Notes: a model not told the origin generated them from the letters alone. DNA of 21,432 bases from Candidatus Sericytochromatia bacterium (GCA_035285125.1 JAYKHR010000103.1:1-21432); one strand, 5' to 3'. Positions 8,201-16,227 are shown, counted from the first letter of the stretch. Made by a program: numbers and translations.

Positions 8201-8719
8201 GAGCTCGGCGCGTTCCGCCAGGCGGACGCGGCGGCCAATGGCCCGTGGGGGAAGGTCGAGAGCCAGAATCTGTTTGGATACAGGCTCCAAGCCCCCAACC
8301 CTGGCGGCATCCTGGGCACGATGCGCGACATCGGCACCGGACCGAACCGGACGGCCGCCATGCTCGCCATCTTCGAGATTGCGCCGCCGGATACCCTCCT
8401 GCCGGCTCAGGTCGGGCCGCGGAACCAGCCGATCTTCGTGCGGTACCGGATCGCGGTCAACCCGAACCTGGCGACGCTGGAGCGCCCGGCCAAGCTGGAT
8501 GTTGGCAGCCTGCCGGCCGACGCGGGCCAGAGCCGGACCATGTTCGTGAGCCGGACCTTTGACGGGGGCCTCAACCGCATGTGGGTGCCGGCCGTCTTCA
8601 ACGGCACCAACCCCACGACGGCGCTCACGCCGGCCAACACCACCGAGGCCAAGCGCGGCACCGGGGCGTTCACGAACCTCTATGGCATCGTGAGCGTGAC
8701 CGTGCCGACGGCCGACTGA
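5291..8719 (+). CDS. Large surface lipoprotein (1142 aa) with carboxypeptidase-regulatory-like, IPT/TIG-like and DUF11-like beta-sandwich domains
   Basis: Lipobox IVLAA-C. Carboxypeptidase-regulatory-like signature GTVSGQV...PVAGAIV...ATTDAQGHYHLSGMPAG.....VSAQGY. DUF11-like VEKT...VILKITPHGNSALSGLRIVDQTP. Rich in Asn/Thr/Pro. Domain names are assigned by eye. Confidence 0.8.
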   Translation: MNRITLLKSLTVPVASAIVLAACAPHMGTFAPISSTESRPAGAEAPAVLPAGTVSGQVKTYDEAKQAFVPVAGAIVAVVGTQLLATTDAQGHYHLSGMPAGTLGLSVSAQGYKASTTQVASNGVMGLANVNVALAATSYGLQQTPSQPRTITVFGVVADPRGVALPNATITANAASGRIDKVLTDGVTLVQAQRDSESAIIKASAAGFYALQVGGQLAANRVTGPTQIRLDASGITAGKLEVEQAAETAVDSLDGGMSVVNLQCNTFPTVGSPRVESHPLRQGKLIAGEEVEIFVPNFLSERIDEYFIRIHTLAPIQGHPVNGTNPLPQGGTDPDIQQNNAYAHVAYHLKGLMQVVSPPTPPPGSTPYMALPTRESLLTSNYQDYVQDVLALRWRPGQTPGSGYVTFRVPVSVPSGLSRVQLCQLGLLPVLGSTIPVFNLQPTPPVLYRLTQTTPLPYIIDDPNMAEMGAGLGLLSRNADLTNQGSPTDPYQAARELYAPTYAYNRQDFDRSLKAVADDMVATTAYQNPLNYRVLQNSDPRNARYVIYANHNEGLVPTSMAATASIKLENEHPFVPVTVDVELKLPQGVDLAKAYFGDDADPDPNASTPIDPNQPATDTTNYIESSQLNLPASPTIELIRTAEASSPIQMVGAPQNGLQTWRIKGLMLGTQTDDRPSDNQRDLFYGSLDTPPIEPREAKRLELALNLMEFNRNPADPSLPAEMKLTDLKVINPTRNYVNTYARPVATMPYYAQDLKKYSVEKTFVPRQGENAVDVILKITPHGNSALSGLRIVDQTPLQNDFRAYVELPSALPSAINGDGALRFVVDGDEQASVSLGLNTANSFYQPNQVAQFLNARIANSPLANKIFASVTQNNKVRFTRTSHLPSAGLSVAPLSGPLPAALGFVGNNGLAKTNGLSAPFIVETLEGRDYARRRVEVDETGAASAAEPEIWGLTAPPADDFNPNNNVLSELGAFRQADAAANGPWGKVESQNLFGYRLQAPNPGGILGTMRDIGTGPNRTAAMLAIFEIAPPDTLLPAQVGPRNQPIFVRYRIAVNPNLATLERPAKLDVGSLPADAGQSRTMFVSRTFDGGLNRMWVPAVFNGTNPTTALTPANTTEAKRGTGAFTNLYGIVSVTVPTAD

Positions 8720-8738
8720 CGGCAGGCGCCGTGACCCC

Positions 8739-8787
8739 GGTGGCGCCCCGCGCGTGCTCGGCCTCGGCCCGCGCGCGGGGCGTCGCC
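8739..8787 (+). other. Strong GC-rich intergenic hairpin without U-tract (mRNA stabiliser or attenuator)
   Basis: GGTGGCGCCCCGCGCG (8739-8754) pairs with CGCGCGGGGCGTCGCC (8772-8787), including two G-U pairs. Confidence 0.55.
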
Positions 8788-8842
8788 CCCTGAAGCTTCA
8801 CCCGGGTGGGCCGTGCGGGCCCACCCCCTGAAAGGAACGCCC

Positions 8843-10480
8843 GTGAACCAAGGTCGCCACCCGGTCTGGCCCGTCGCCCTGGCCCTCTCGCTGGGGCTCG
8901 CGGGCTGCAACGTCCCCTTCGCGGGCACCTCCCCGGCCACGGCCCCCGTACAGCCGGCAGCCACCCCGTCGGCCACGGCGACGCCTGCGCCGACCCCGAC
9001 GCCCGTGCCGGGGGTGGCGCTGCGCGGCGTGGTGCTGTTCAACGATGCCCCCGTGCAGAACGCGACGCTCACGGCCTTCGACGTGGCGACGGGCAACCCG
9101 CTGCCGCTGATCGCAGCCGGCGGCCAGAACCTCATCGCGGCCGGCGGCCAGAACCTCATTGCAGCCGGCGGCCAGAACCTCATCGCGGCCGGCGGCCAGA
9201 ACCTCATCGCGGCCGGCGGCCAGAACCTGACGGCCGGGACCGGCGGCCGCTTTGCGGTGGCGCAGGCCAGCCCGGCAGCCCCGCCCACCACCGACACCAA
9301 GGGCGCCTTCGACCTCGCCCTGCCGCCGCTGGCCCCCGGGCAGGTCGTCAAGCTGCGTGCCGTGGCGGGCGACCAGACCTACCTCGCCCTGTTCGACGCC
9401 TCCGGCAAGGCCATCGGCCAGGACACTGCGCCAGCGGGCTACGCGCTGCGGCAGGCCGGCGGCGTCTCCTTGCGCCTCAAACTGACCATTGGCAGCACGG
9501 CGATCGCCAACGCCTTCGAGGGCGTCATCAAGCTGCAGCTGCGCCTGCCCCCCGCCCAGGTGGCGAGCGCGATAGCCGCCGTCTTCGAGCGCGTGCAGGT
9601 CGTCGCCAAGCAGGTGGAGGCCGTGCTGGCGGCCTCGCCGGAGCTGGGCGCCAAGCTGCTCGCGACCGTCGACGAGAAGGGCGACGTCGCCGACATCACG
9701 GACTTCCGCGAAACCATGAAGACCCTCGGGCTCTTCGAGACCGTGTACGCCGTCGTGCAGCAGGAGCTGCAGACCGTGGCGAAGGAAACCAACATCGACA
9801 ACAAGGCCCTCGAGGCCATCACGGCCGAAAACTTTCCCCTCGCCATCAACGTGACGGTCACGCCCTCCGGCACCATCATCGTCACGGACGAGGCGGGCAA
9901 GCCGACGACGCTCTTCCCTGAGGGGGCCGCCGGGCCGAGCGGGGAGGCGCCAGGCACCCCCGCCACGGGTGGCACGACCACCGGGGGCGGATCAGCCGAG
10001 GGCAGCTCAGGCGGTGGTGGCTCGGGCGGCGGCACCACCGCCCCGGTGGCCTCTCCCACGCCCACGCCCGTGCCCCCCTCGCGCGTGATCATCACCAACC
10101 TGCCCGGTGGCCTCGCCACCATCGCGGGCCGGGTGCTCACGCTCGGGGCAGCGGGACCGGTGGGCGTCGCCCGCGCCCGCATCGAGATCTACCGGGCCAT
10201 CGTGCCCAGCACGACGGTGGCCTCCGGCGACACCACCACGCTGCTCGCCCCCACCTTCACCACGACGACCCTCGTCGGCGACCCGCCGGTCTCGGTGCCC
10301 TTGCCCCACGCCGTGATCGAGGCCGCCACGGACGGCAGCTACCGCCTGCAGGGAATCGCGACGGGCTCCTACTGGGTTCGCGCCGCGGCCCGCGAGGGGG
10401 CTCCGTTCAGCAACCCGCGCTACCTGACGTTCGGCACCAGCGGCGTGGGCGGCGTGGACCTTGCGGTGATCGAACCCTGA
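8843..10480 (+). CDS. Lipoprotein (545 aa) with LIAAGGQN tandem repeats and a C-terminal carboxypeptidase-regulatory-like domain
   Basis: SD AAAGGA before GTG 8843; lipobox LGLAG-C; Pro/Thr linker; helical middle region; Gly/Ser/Thr linker; C-terminal IAGRV...DGSYRLQGIATGSYWVRA. Confidence 0.82.
   Translation: MNQGRHPVWPVALALSLGLAGCNVPFAGTSPATAPVQPAATPSATATPAPTPTPVPGVALRGVVLFNDAPVQNATLTAFDVATGNPLPLIAAGGQNLIAAGGQNLIAAGGQNLIAAGGQNLIAAGGQNLTAGTGGRFAVAQASPAAPPTTDTKGAFDLALPPLAPGQVVKLRAVAGDQTYLALFDASGKAIGQDTAPAGYALRQAGGVSLRLKLTIGSTAIANAFEGVIKLQLRLPPAQVASAIAAVFERVQVVAKQVEAVLAASPELGAKLLATVDEKGDVADITDFRETMKTLGLFETVYAVVQQELQTVAKETNIDNKALEAITAENFPLAINVTVTPSGTIIVTDEAGKPTTLFPEGAAGPSGEAPGTPATGGTTTGGGSAEGSSGGGGSGGGTTAPVASPTPTPVPPSRVIITNLPGGLATIAGRVLTLGAAGPVGVARARIEIYRAIVPSTTVASGDTTTLLAPTFTTTTLVGDPPVSVPLPHAVIEAATDGSYRLQGIATGSYWVRAAAREGAPFSNPRYLTFGTSGVGGVDLAVIEP
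9107..9226 (+). repeat. 5 x 24-bp in-frame tandem repeat encoding LIAAGGQN
   Basis: Units CTSATYGCRGCCGGCGGCCAGAAC start at 9107, 9131, 9155, 9179 and 9203 and differ only at synonymous positions. A degenerate sixth unit (LTAGTGG) follows. Confidence 0.97.
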
Positions 10481-10493
10481 GCGGCGCAGCCGG

Positions 10494-11417
10494 GTGACGC
10501 AGCCGGGGCGCGCGAGCCGCCTGCTCGCCGCGGCGGCCCTGCCGCTGCTCGCAGGCTGTCAGGCGTGGGGACCATCAGCCCCCGCGGGGGCGCCCGCCTC
10601 GACGTCCGTGCGGCTGACCGGCCAGGCGCTGACCGCCACCGGCGTGGCGATGGGGCGCCCCGTCGCGCTGCGGGTGGCCGGCCAGCCGCACGTCACGGAC
10701 GCGGCAGGGGGCTTCGCCGTCGACGTGCAGCCCGGTCAGGTGCGCGTCGAACTCGCCGAACCCGAGCATCTGCCCGTCGCCCTCACGCTCGCGGTGCCGG
10801 CCGGCGCGGCCTTCCCGCCCGTGGCGCTGCCGCTCGTGGCCCCGGCCGCCGAGGCCTCTGACGCCGTGGCCCTCGGGGGGGTCGCCGTGGACCCCCGGGG
10901 CGTGCCCCTCGCGGAGGGGACGGTGTGGCTGACGACGCCCTACGACGGGGGGCAGGAGGCCGTTCGCGTGGCGCTCACGCCGCAGGGCACCTTCGCCTGG
11001 GCCACCCGCATTCCCGCGGCGGGGCTGGCACGGCAGGGCGTGGTCTTCGTGACGGCCGCCGGGCGCTCCCGCGGCGGCTGGGAGGTGGAGAGCGCGGGCG
11101 TGGCGCAGCTGGGGCTCGTCCCGGGCCAGGCCGGCGCCCTGGTGCTCCCGACGCGCGCCGCGCCGCAGCCTCGCGCGCCGCGCTGGCGCTGGGAGTCCCC
11201 CCGGCTGACGGTGTGGCTGTCCGATGCCCTGACGCGGGCCGACGAGGCCCGGCTGGTGGGCCCCGGAGGCGACCACGTCGGCCGGGAGGCCCCGCAGCCG
11301 GGCGTCGTGCACTTCGAGCTGCCCGGCGTCACCCGCCTCGTGCCCGCCGACTGGCAGGTCGACGTGCTCGGGGCGTCCTCCCCGCTCGGATCGGAGCAGC
11401 CCGCGTCTCCCCCGTGA
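10494..11417 (+). CDS. Lipoprotein (307 aa), diverged paralogue of the N-terminal part of the 1142-aa lipoprotein
   Basis: Lipobox LLAG-C; VTDAAGGFAV carboxypeptidase-regulatory-like motif; GVAVDPRGVPL matches GVVADPRGVAL of the large protein. Confidence 0.72.
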   Translation: MTQPGRASRLLAAAALPLLAGCQAWGPSAPAGAPASTSVRLTGQALTATGVAMGRPVALRVAGQPHVTDAAGGFAVDVQPGQVRVELAEPEHLPVALTLAVPAGAAFPPVALPLVAPAAEASDAVALGGVAVDPRGVPLAEGTVWLTTPYDGGQEAVRVALTPQGTFAWATRIPAAGLARQGVVFVTAAGRSRGGWEVESAGVAQLGLVPGQAGALVLPTRAAPQPRAPRWRWESPRLTVWLSDALTRADEARLVGPGGDHVGREAPQPGVVHFELPGVTRLVPADWQVDVLGASSPLGSEQPASPP

Positions 11418-11490
11418 GGATGGGCAAGCGGGCGCCAATCGCGTATCGTTCTGAGACGCACACACGAACGAGCGGGTAGGGAGCCCTGTC

Positions 11491-13020
11491 ATGCACACCC
11501 TCGATTGGGTCATCATCGTCTTCTATGTCCTCCTGGTGACGGGCCTGGGCGTCTGGTTCGGCCGTCGCCAGCACGACATCGGCGACTTCTTCCTCGGCGG
11601 CCGCTCGATCCCGTGGTGGGCAGCCCTCATGAGCCTGATCGCCACCGAGATCAGCGCGGCGACCTTCCTCGGCGCGCCGGAGCAGGGCTACACCCGCAAC
11701 CTCACCTACCTGCAGTTCTCGGTGGGCACGATCGCCGCGCGCTTCGCCATCGCCTTCCTGTTCATCGGCCTGTACTACCGCTTCAACGTCTACACGGTCT
11801 ACGGCTACCTGATGGCGCGCTTCGGCCTCGGCACCAACACCACGACGGCCTCCGTCTTCCTGCTCGGGCGCCTGTTTGCGGACGGCGCGCGGCTCTTCAT
11901 CGCCTCGCTGGCCATCCACGTGGCGACGGGGCTCGACATCACGCAGTCGATCGTGGCGCTCGCCTTCGCGGCCACCTTCTACACGCTGTTCGGTGGCATC
12001 AAGGGCGTCATCTGGACCGAGGTCATCCAGGCGACGGTGCTCGTGAGCGGCGCGCTGATCCTCGTCTTCAGCCTGCTTGGCCACATCCCGCTCGGGCTCG
12101 GCGAGGTCGTCGGCGAGATCCAGGCCGCGGGCAAGTTCCAGGTCTTCGACTTCAACCTCGGCGGCAGCGACTGGCTCACCAACCCCTACAACGCCATCCC
12201 CGCGATCATCGGCGGCTTCTTCCTGACGATGGCCACCCACGGCACGGACCAGGACATGGTCCAGCGCCTGCTGACGTGCAAGGAGAGCGCCGAGGGCAAG
12301 CGGTCGCTGTGGATGAGCGGCTTCATCGGCGTCGGCATCACGTGCATCTTCCTGTTCATCGGCCAGCTGCTGTTCGTCTACGTCAACCACCTTGCGGCCG
12401 GCGACAAGATGGCGCTGATCGCCGCGCAGATGAAGGCCGAGGGCCACAACAACCAGTTTCTGCTGCACTACATCGTCAACGTCCTGCCCGTGGGCGTGAC
12501 GGGCCTCGTGCTAGCCGCCATCATCGCGGCGGCGCTCTCCAGCCTGGGGTCCGGCATCAACGCCACCAGCTCCACGATCATCACGGACCTCTACCAGCGC
12601 TACTTCAAGCCGCAGGCCGCCCCCGAGCACTACGTGGGCGCCTCCCGGGCGGCCACCCTGCTGGTGGGCGCCGTCGACGCGGGCATCGCCCTGGCCGTGG
12701 CCTTCTTCGCCGAGGCCAACAAGGGCGTCGACCTGCTCTCGATCGCGCTGGGCGTCATGACCTTCTTCTACGGCGGCATGCTGGGCATCTTCCTCGTTGC
12801 CATCTTCAGCAAGACGCGCGGCAACACCGTCTCGAACGTGGCCGCCGTCGCGACCTCCATCGCCACCGTGGTCTACATCAAGTACAACACCACGATCGCC
12901 TGGCCCTGGATGATCGTGATCGGCACCTTCGTGACCATCGCGATCTCGCTGCTGGGCCGGACGCCCGACGCCATCCGGGCGCAGTTCGAGGCCGAGGAGC
13001 GCGCCACGCAGGCCGCCTGA
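11491..13020 (+). CDS. Sodium:solute symporter (SSS/SLC5) family transporter
   Basis: SD GGGAG; motifs DFFLGGRSIPWW...SLIATEISAATFLGAP, YTLFGGIKGVIWTEVIQ, GTDQDMVQRLL, AAALSSLGSGINA; about 13 TM helices. Substrate unknown. Confidence 0.93.
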   Translation: MHTLDWVIIVFYVLLVTGLGVWFGRRQHDIGDFFLGGRSIPWWAALMSLIATEISAATFLGAPEQGYTRNLTYLQFSVGTIAARFAIAFLFIGLYYRFNVYTVYGYLMARFGLGTNTTTASVFLLGRLFADGARLFIASLAIHVATGLDITQSIVALAFAATFYTLFGGIKGVIWTEVIQATVLVSGALILVFSLLGHIPLGLGEVVGEIQAAGKFQVFDFNLGGSDWLTNPYNAIPAIIGGFFLTMATHGTDQDMVQRLLTCKESAEGKRSLWMSGFIGVGITCIFLFIGQLLFVYVNHLAAGDKMALIAAQMKAEGHNNQFLLHYIVNVLPVGVTGLVLAAIIAAALSSLGSGINATSSTIITDLYQRYFKPQAAPEHYVGASRAATLLVGAVDAGIALAVAFFAEANKGVDLLSIALGVMTFFYGGMLGIFLVAIFSKTRGNTVSNVAAVATSIATVVYIKYNTTIAWPWMIVIGTFVTIAISLLGRTPDAIRAQFEAEERATQAA

Positions 13021-13065
13021 CGGCGCGGCGCGGCGGCGGGCACGGGCAGCTGGGTCGCCTCAAGC

Positions 13066-13104
13066 AAACGGGGCACGCGACATGGCGTCGCGTGCCCCGC
13101 TTTC
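13066..13104. terminator. Bidirectional intrinsic terminator between convergent genes
   Basis: 13-bp stem CGGGGCACGCGAC (13069-13081) / GTCGCGTGCCCCG (13087-13099), flanked by AAA and CTTT. Confidence 0.75.
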
Positions 13105-13130
13105 AGGCCACCTGCTCTCTCGCAGAGGCC

Positions 13131-13451
13131 TCAGGCCATCGCGGCGGCGAGCCCCGCTTCCTCGCGCTGGCTGGCGAGCGCCTCCTGCACCTGCTGGGGC
13201 TGCGCGAGCCGCATCTCAACGAGCAACTCGCCGAGGAGCACCCGCTTGCCGCGGAGGGCCAGGATCTGCTGGCGCGTCAGGGCCGCATCCAGGTTCGCCG
13301 GCGACAGGTAGCCACGGCCCACCAGGTACTCGCCCAGGCGCCTGCGCTCCGCGACCTCGCGACGGTGGGCCTCGGCAGCCAGGCGATCCGCACGTTGCTG
13401 GGCCTCTCGCCCCCGGATCCAGGTCTCCTCGTTCACGTTCGGCCTGTGCAC
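13131..13451 (-). CDS. Small stand-alone MshEN-motif (putative c-di-GMP-binding) protein, 106 aa
   Basis: SD GGAGG 6 nt before GTG. RLGEYLVGRGYLSPANLDAALTRQ fits the MshEN consensus RLGxxLLxxGLLxxxxLxxxLxxQ; a second, degenerate copy reads LLGELLVEMRLAQPQQVQEALASQ. Confidence 0.8.
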   Translation of the reverse strand: MHRPNVNEETWIRGREAQQRADRLAAEAHRREVAERRRLGEYLVGRGYLSPANLDAALTRQQILALRGKRVLLGELLVEMRLAQPQQVQEALASQREEAGLAAAMA

Positions 13452-13632
13452 TCGAAGCCTCCTTTGCAGCGCACGCTCGGACTCCGCTCACGACACGACT
13501 CGCCCGTGCCTGCGATCGCCCCCGCGTGTTCCCCCGTCCCCTGCGCCGCCAGGCCCCAACGATGGACCGGCGCCAAGCCAATGTACCCGAATGTGTCAGG
13601 ATAAACCGTCCTTGGGTGCCTGGTCGTGAAAG

Positions 13633-13770
13633 CCCCTCACCCCCGCTGACGCGGACCCTCTCCCCGGTGCCCGGGGAGAGGGGAGCGCCTTTCTTGGGCA
13701 CCCATTGGGTGAAGGCGGATGAAACTCCCCTCTCCCGCTGGGAGAGGGCGGCCGCAGGCCGGGTGAGGGG
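13633..13770. repeat. REP/RIME-like composite inverted-repeat element
   Basis: Left arm CCCCTCACCC...CCCTCTCCCCGG-tgc-CCGGGGAGAGGG (13633-13683); central palindrome CACCCA-t-TGGGTG (13699-13711); right arm CCCTCTCCC-gct-GGGAGAGGG...GGGTGAGGGG (13728-13770), which is the inverse of the left arm. Confidence 0.8.
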
Positions 13771-13880
13771 CTATCGCAGCATCAGGGGCTTGCCCCCCCG
13801 GGTGCGGCCAGCGGCCCCTCTGGGTGCATCCAGCAGCCCCTCCGGGTAAGCAGCCGGAGCACATCCCGGGAGCAAGAAGC

Positions 13881-16136
13881 TTGTTCAACCACCTGGCCGC
13901 CTGGCTGATCGCCCACCGCAAGGCCGTCCTCGCAGCCTGGCTGGTGGCCGTCCTGGCCACCGCCTGGATGGCCGTGGGCGCCGGCCAGGTGCTCTTCACG
14001 GGCAGCGCGGACCTGGAGGGCAGCCGCTCGCGCGCCGTCGCGCAGGCCCTCCGGAGCGAGTTCCGCTCCGCGCTGGGGGATGGCCTGATCGTCGTCCTCG
14101 AGCCCGGCGGGCGCGCCCTCGACGGGCCCGCGCTCCAGGGCGTGGTCGCCCAGGTGAGCGCGGCGCTGGCCCGCGACGGCCAGCGCGTCGAGGGGCCCTT
14201 CGATCATGCAACGATCATGCGCGACGGCGTCGCCCACCCCCAGCGGGTGTGGTTCGTCTCGCCGCCCCGCCAGGACGGCGACCCCGTCGCGGCCACGCGG
14301 GGCCGATTGGCCGAGGCCCGTGAGGCGCTGGCGCAGCTCGACCCGGGCGCCCTGCTCGCCGTCACGGGGGGGGCTGCGGTGAACGCCGACATCGGGCAGG
14401 TCAGCAAGGCCGACGGGCAGCGCGCCGAGCTTCTGGCGCTGCCGCTCACGGCGCTGGCCCTGCTGCTCGCCTTCCGCGCCCCGCTGGCCGCCGCGCTGCC
14501 GCTCGCGTGCGCCGGGTCGGCGATCGGCCTGACGCTCGCGGCGGTCTTCGGGGTGGCGCAGGTCACGGTGCTGTCGGACCTCCTCGAGAACCTCGTCACG
14601 ATGATCGGGCTGGCCGTGGGCATCGACTACGCCCTGCTCGTCGTCGAGCGCTGGCGGGAGGAGCGCGCGGCGCACGGCCCTGAGGCGGCCGTCGTGCGGG
14701 CCCTCGGGTTCGCGGGCCCGTCGATCGTGGCCTCCGGCGCGGCCGTCCTGTGCGGGATGGTGGCCCTGGCCTTCGGCCCCCTGCTCGAGCTGCGGAGCAT
14801 GGCCCTCGGCGGCGTGCTCGTGGTGCTGTTCAGCGTGGCGGCCGCCCTCACGCTGCTGCCGGCGCTCCTCGCGACCTTCCCCCGCGCCATCGAGTGGCCG
14901 GGCTGGGCGGAAGGGCCGGACCGGCCGGAGGCACATCGCCTGGCGCGGCTTCGCGAGCGCCTCGCGGGCGCCGTCACGGCAGCGCCCCGGCGCGCCCTCG
15001 CCGCCGGGGCGCTCGTCGCGGCCTTGCTGATGCTGCCAGCGCTCCAGTTCCGGCTCGGCGCACCAGACATGGACGACCTGCCAGCGCACATGGAAAGCGC
15101 GCGCGGGCTGGCTGCCATCAAGCGGATGGACATCGGCAACGCCGTCTTCGACGTCCGGCTGCTCGTGCGGACCACCGACGGCTCCCCCGTGCTGGCGCCC
15201 CGCCACCTGCCGGCGCTCGTCGCCTGGAGCCACGGTCTGGAGGCCGACGCGCGCGTCCGGCGCGTACTCAGCCCCGTGACCTCCAGGCCGGGGGCGACCC
15301 TCTTCGAGAACGCCGTGCTGTTCTCGAGCTGGCGCGCCGGCCTGGAGCGGCTGCCGCCGGTCCTGCGGGGCTTCGTCAGCGACGACGGCCAGGCGATGGT
15401 CGTGGCCGTGCTCCCCGCGGCCGGGGTCTCCAGCATCGCGATCCAGCGCATGGCCGAGGCGTACGCGACGCGTGCGCCCCAGGGCCCCTTCACGCTGACG
15501 GTCGGGGGGCAGCCCACCTACCTGAACGAGCTCTCCGCGCGCATGGACGCCGCCACCTGGCCCATCCTCGCCTTTGTTGGCCTCTCCACGGCCCTGCTGC
15601 TCGGGTGGGCCTTCCGGTCCGTGCTGGTGCCGCTCAAGGCCATCGTCCTGAACCTCGTGTCGGTGGGCGCCGGCTACGGCGTGATCACCGTGGTCTGCCA
15701 GTGGGGCTGGGGCTGCGGCCTCGTGGGGCTCGAGCACCCCCTGGCCCGGGTGCCGCCCTTCGTGCCCCTGCTCCTGTTCTGCATCATGTTCGGGCTCTCG
15801 ATGGACTACGAGGTCTTCATGGTCTCGCGCATCCGCGAAGGGGTGCTGGCGGGCCTCGACCAGCGCCGCGCCGTGGTCGAGGGCCTCAGCCACGCCTGGC
15901 CCCTGATCACGCGGGCGGCCTGCATCATGCTCATCGTCTTCGGCGCCTTCGCCTGGGCCGAGATGCTGGTCATCAAGGTGCTGGGCCTCGGGATGGCCAC
16001 GGCCGTCCTGGTGGACGCGACGCTCGTGCGGATGGTGCTGGGCCCGGCCCTGCTGATGGTCGCCGGCCGCTACAACTGGTGGCCCGGGCAACGGGGAATG
16101 ATGTCCCCACGCGCCCCGTTGGAGGGCCCCCCGTGA
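13881..16136 (+). CDS. MMPL (RND superfamily) exporter
   Basis: Likely TTG start at 13881 after GGAG (MFNHLAAWLIAHRKAVLAAW); alternative GTG at 13824. Two TM blocks with the Asp-Tyr pairs GLAVGIDYALL and FGLSMDYEVF..SRIRE; also LITRAACIM and VLVDATLVR. Confidence 0.93.
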   Translation: MFNHLAAWLIAHRKAVLAAWLVAVLATAWMAVGAGQVLFTGSADLEGSRSRAVAQALRSEFRSALGDGLIVVLEPGGRALDGPALQGVVAQVSAALARDGQRVEGPFDHATIMRDGVAHPQRVWFVSPPRQDGDPVAATRGRLAEAREALAQLDPGALLAVTGGAAVNADIGQVSKADGQRAELLALPLTALALLLAFRAPLAAALPLACAGSAIGLTLAAVFGVAQVTVLSDLLENLVTMIGLAVGIDYALLVVERWREERAAHGPEAAVVRALGFAGPSIVASGAAVLCGMVALAFGPLLELRSMALGGVLVVLFSVAAALTLLPALLATFPRAIEWPGWAEGPDRPEAHRLARLRERLAGAVTAAPRRALAAGALVAALLMLPALQFRLGAPDMDDLPAHMESARGLAAIKRMDIGNAVFDVRLLVRTTDGSPVLAPRHLPALVAWSHGLEADARVRRVLSPVTSRPGATLFENAVLFSSWRAGLERLPPVLRGFVSDDGQAMVVAVLPAAGVSSIAIQRMAEAYATRAPQGPFTLTVGGQPTYLNELSARMDAATWPILAFVGLSTALLLGWAFRSVLVPLKAIVLNLVSVGAGYGVITVVCQWGWGCGLVGLEHPLARVPPFVPLLLFCIMFGLSMDYEVFMVSRIREGVLAGLDQRRAVVEGLSHAWPLITRAACIMLIVFGAFAWAEMLVIKVLGLGMATAVLVDATLVRMVLGPALLMVAGRYNWWPGQRGMMSPRAPLEGPP

Positions 16137-16227
16137 GCCGCGCGGTGGCCCTGGCCACCCCCGCGGCAGCCAGCGGCGGGGGGCAGCCCGACCGGGCGGG
16201 CCGGGCCTCGGGGGAGGAGGGGACGTC

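Noticed and set aside
6104..8290. 728-aa minus-strand ORF
   Set aside because: Antisense shadow of the large lipoprotein gene caused by high-GC codon bias; no recognisable motifs.
9107..9226. 24-bp repeats as a CRISPR array
   Set aside because: The units are contiguous with no spacers, in frame, vary only synonymously, and no cas genes are present.
13575..13630. Sigma28/sigma54 promoter or c-di-GMP riboswitch between the MshEN gene and the MMPL operon
   Set aside because: Only partial matches with wrong spacing, and no GEMM-like structure recognised by eye.
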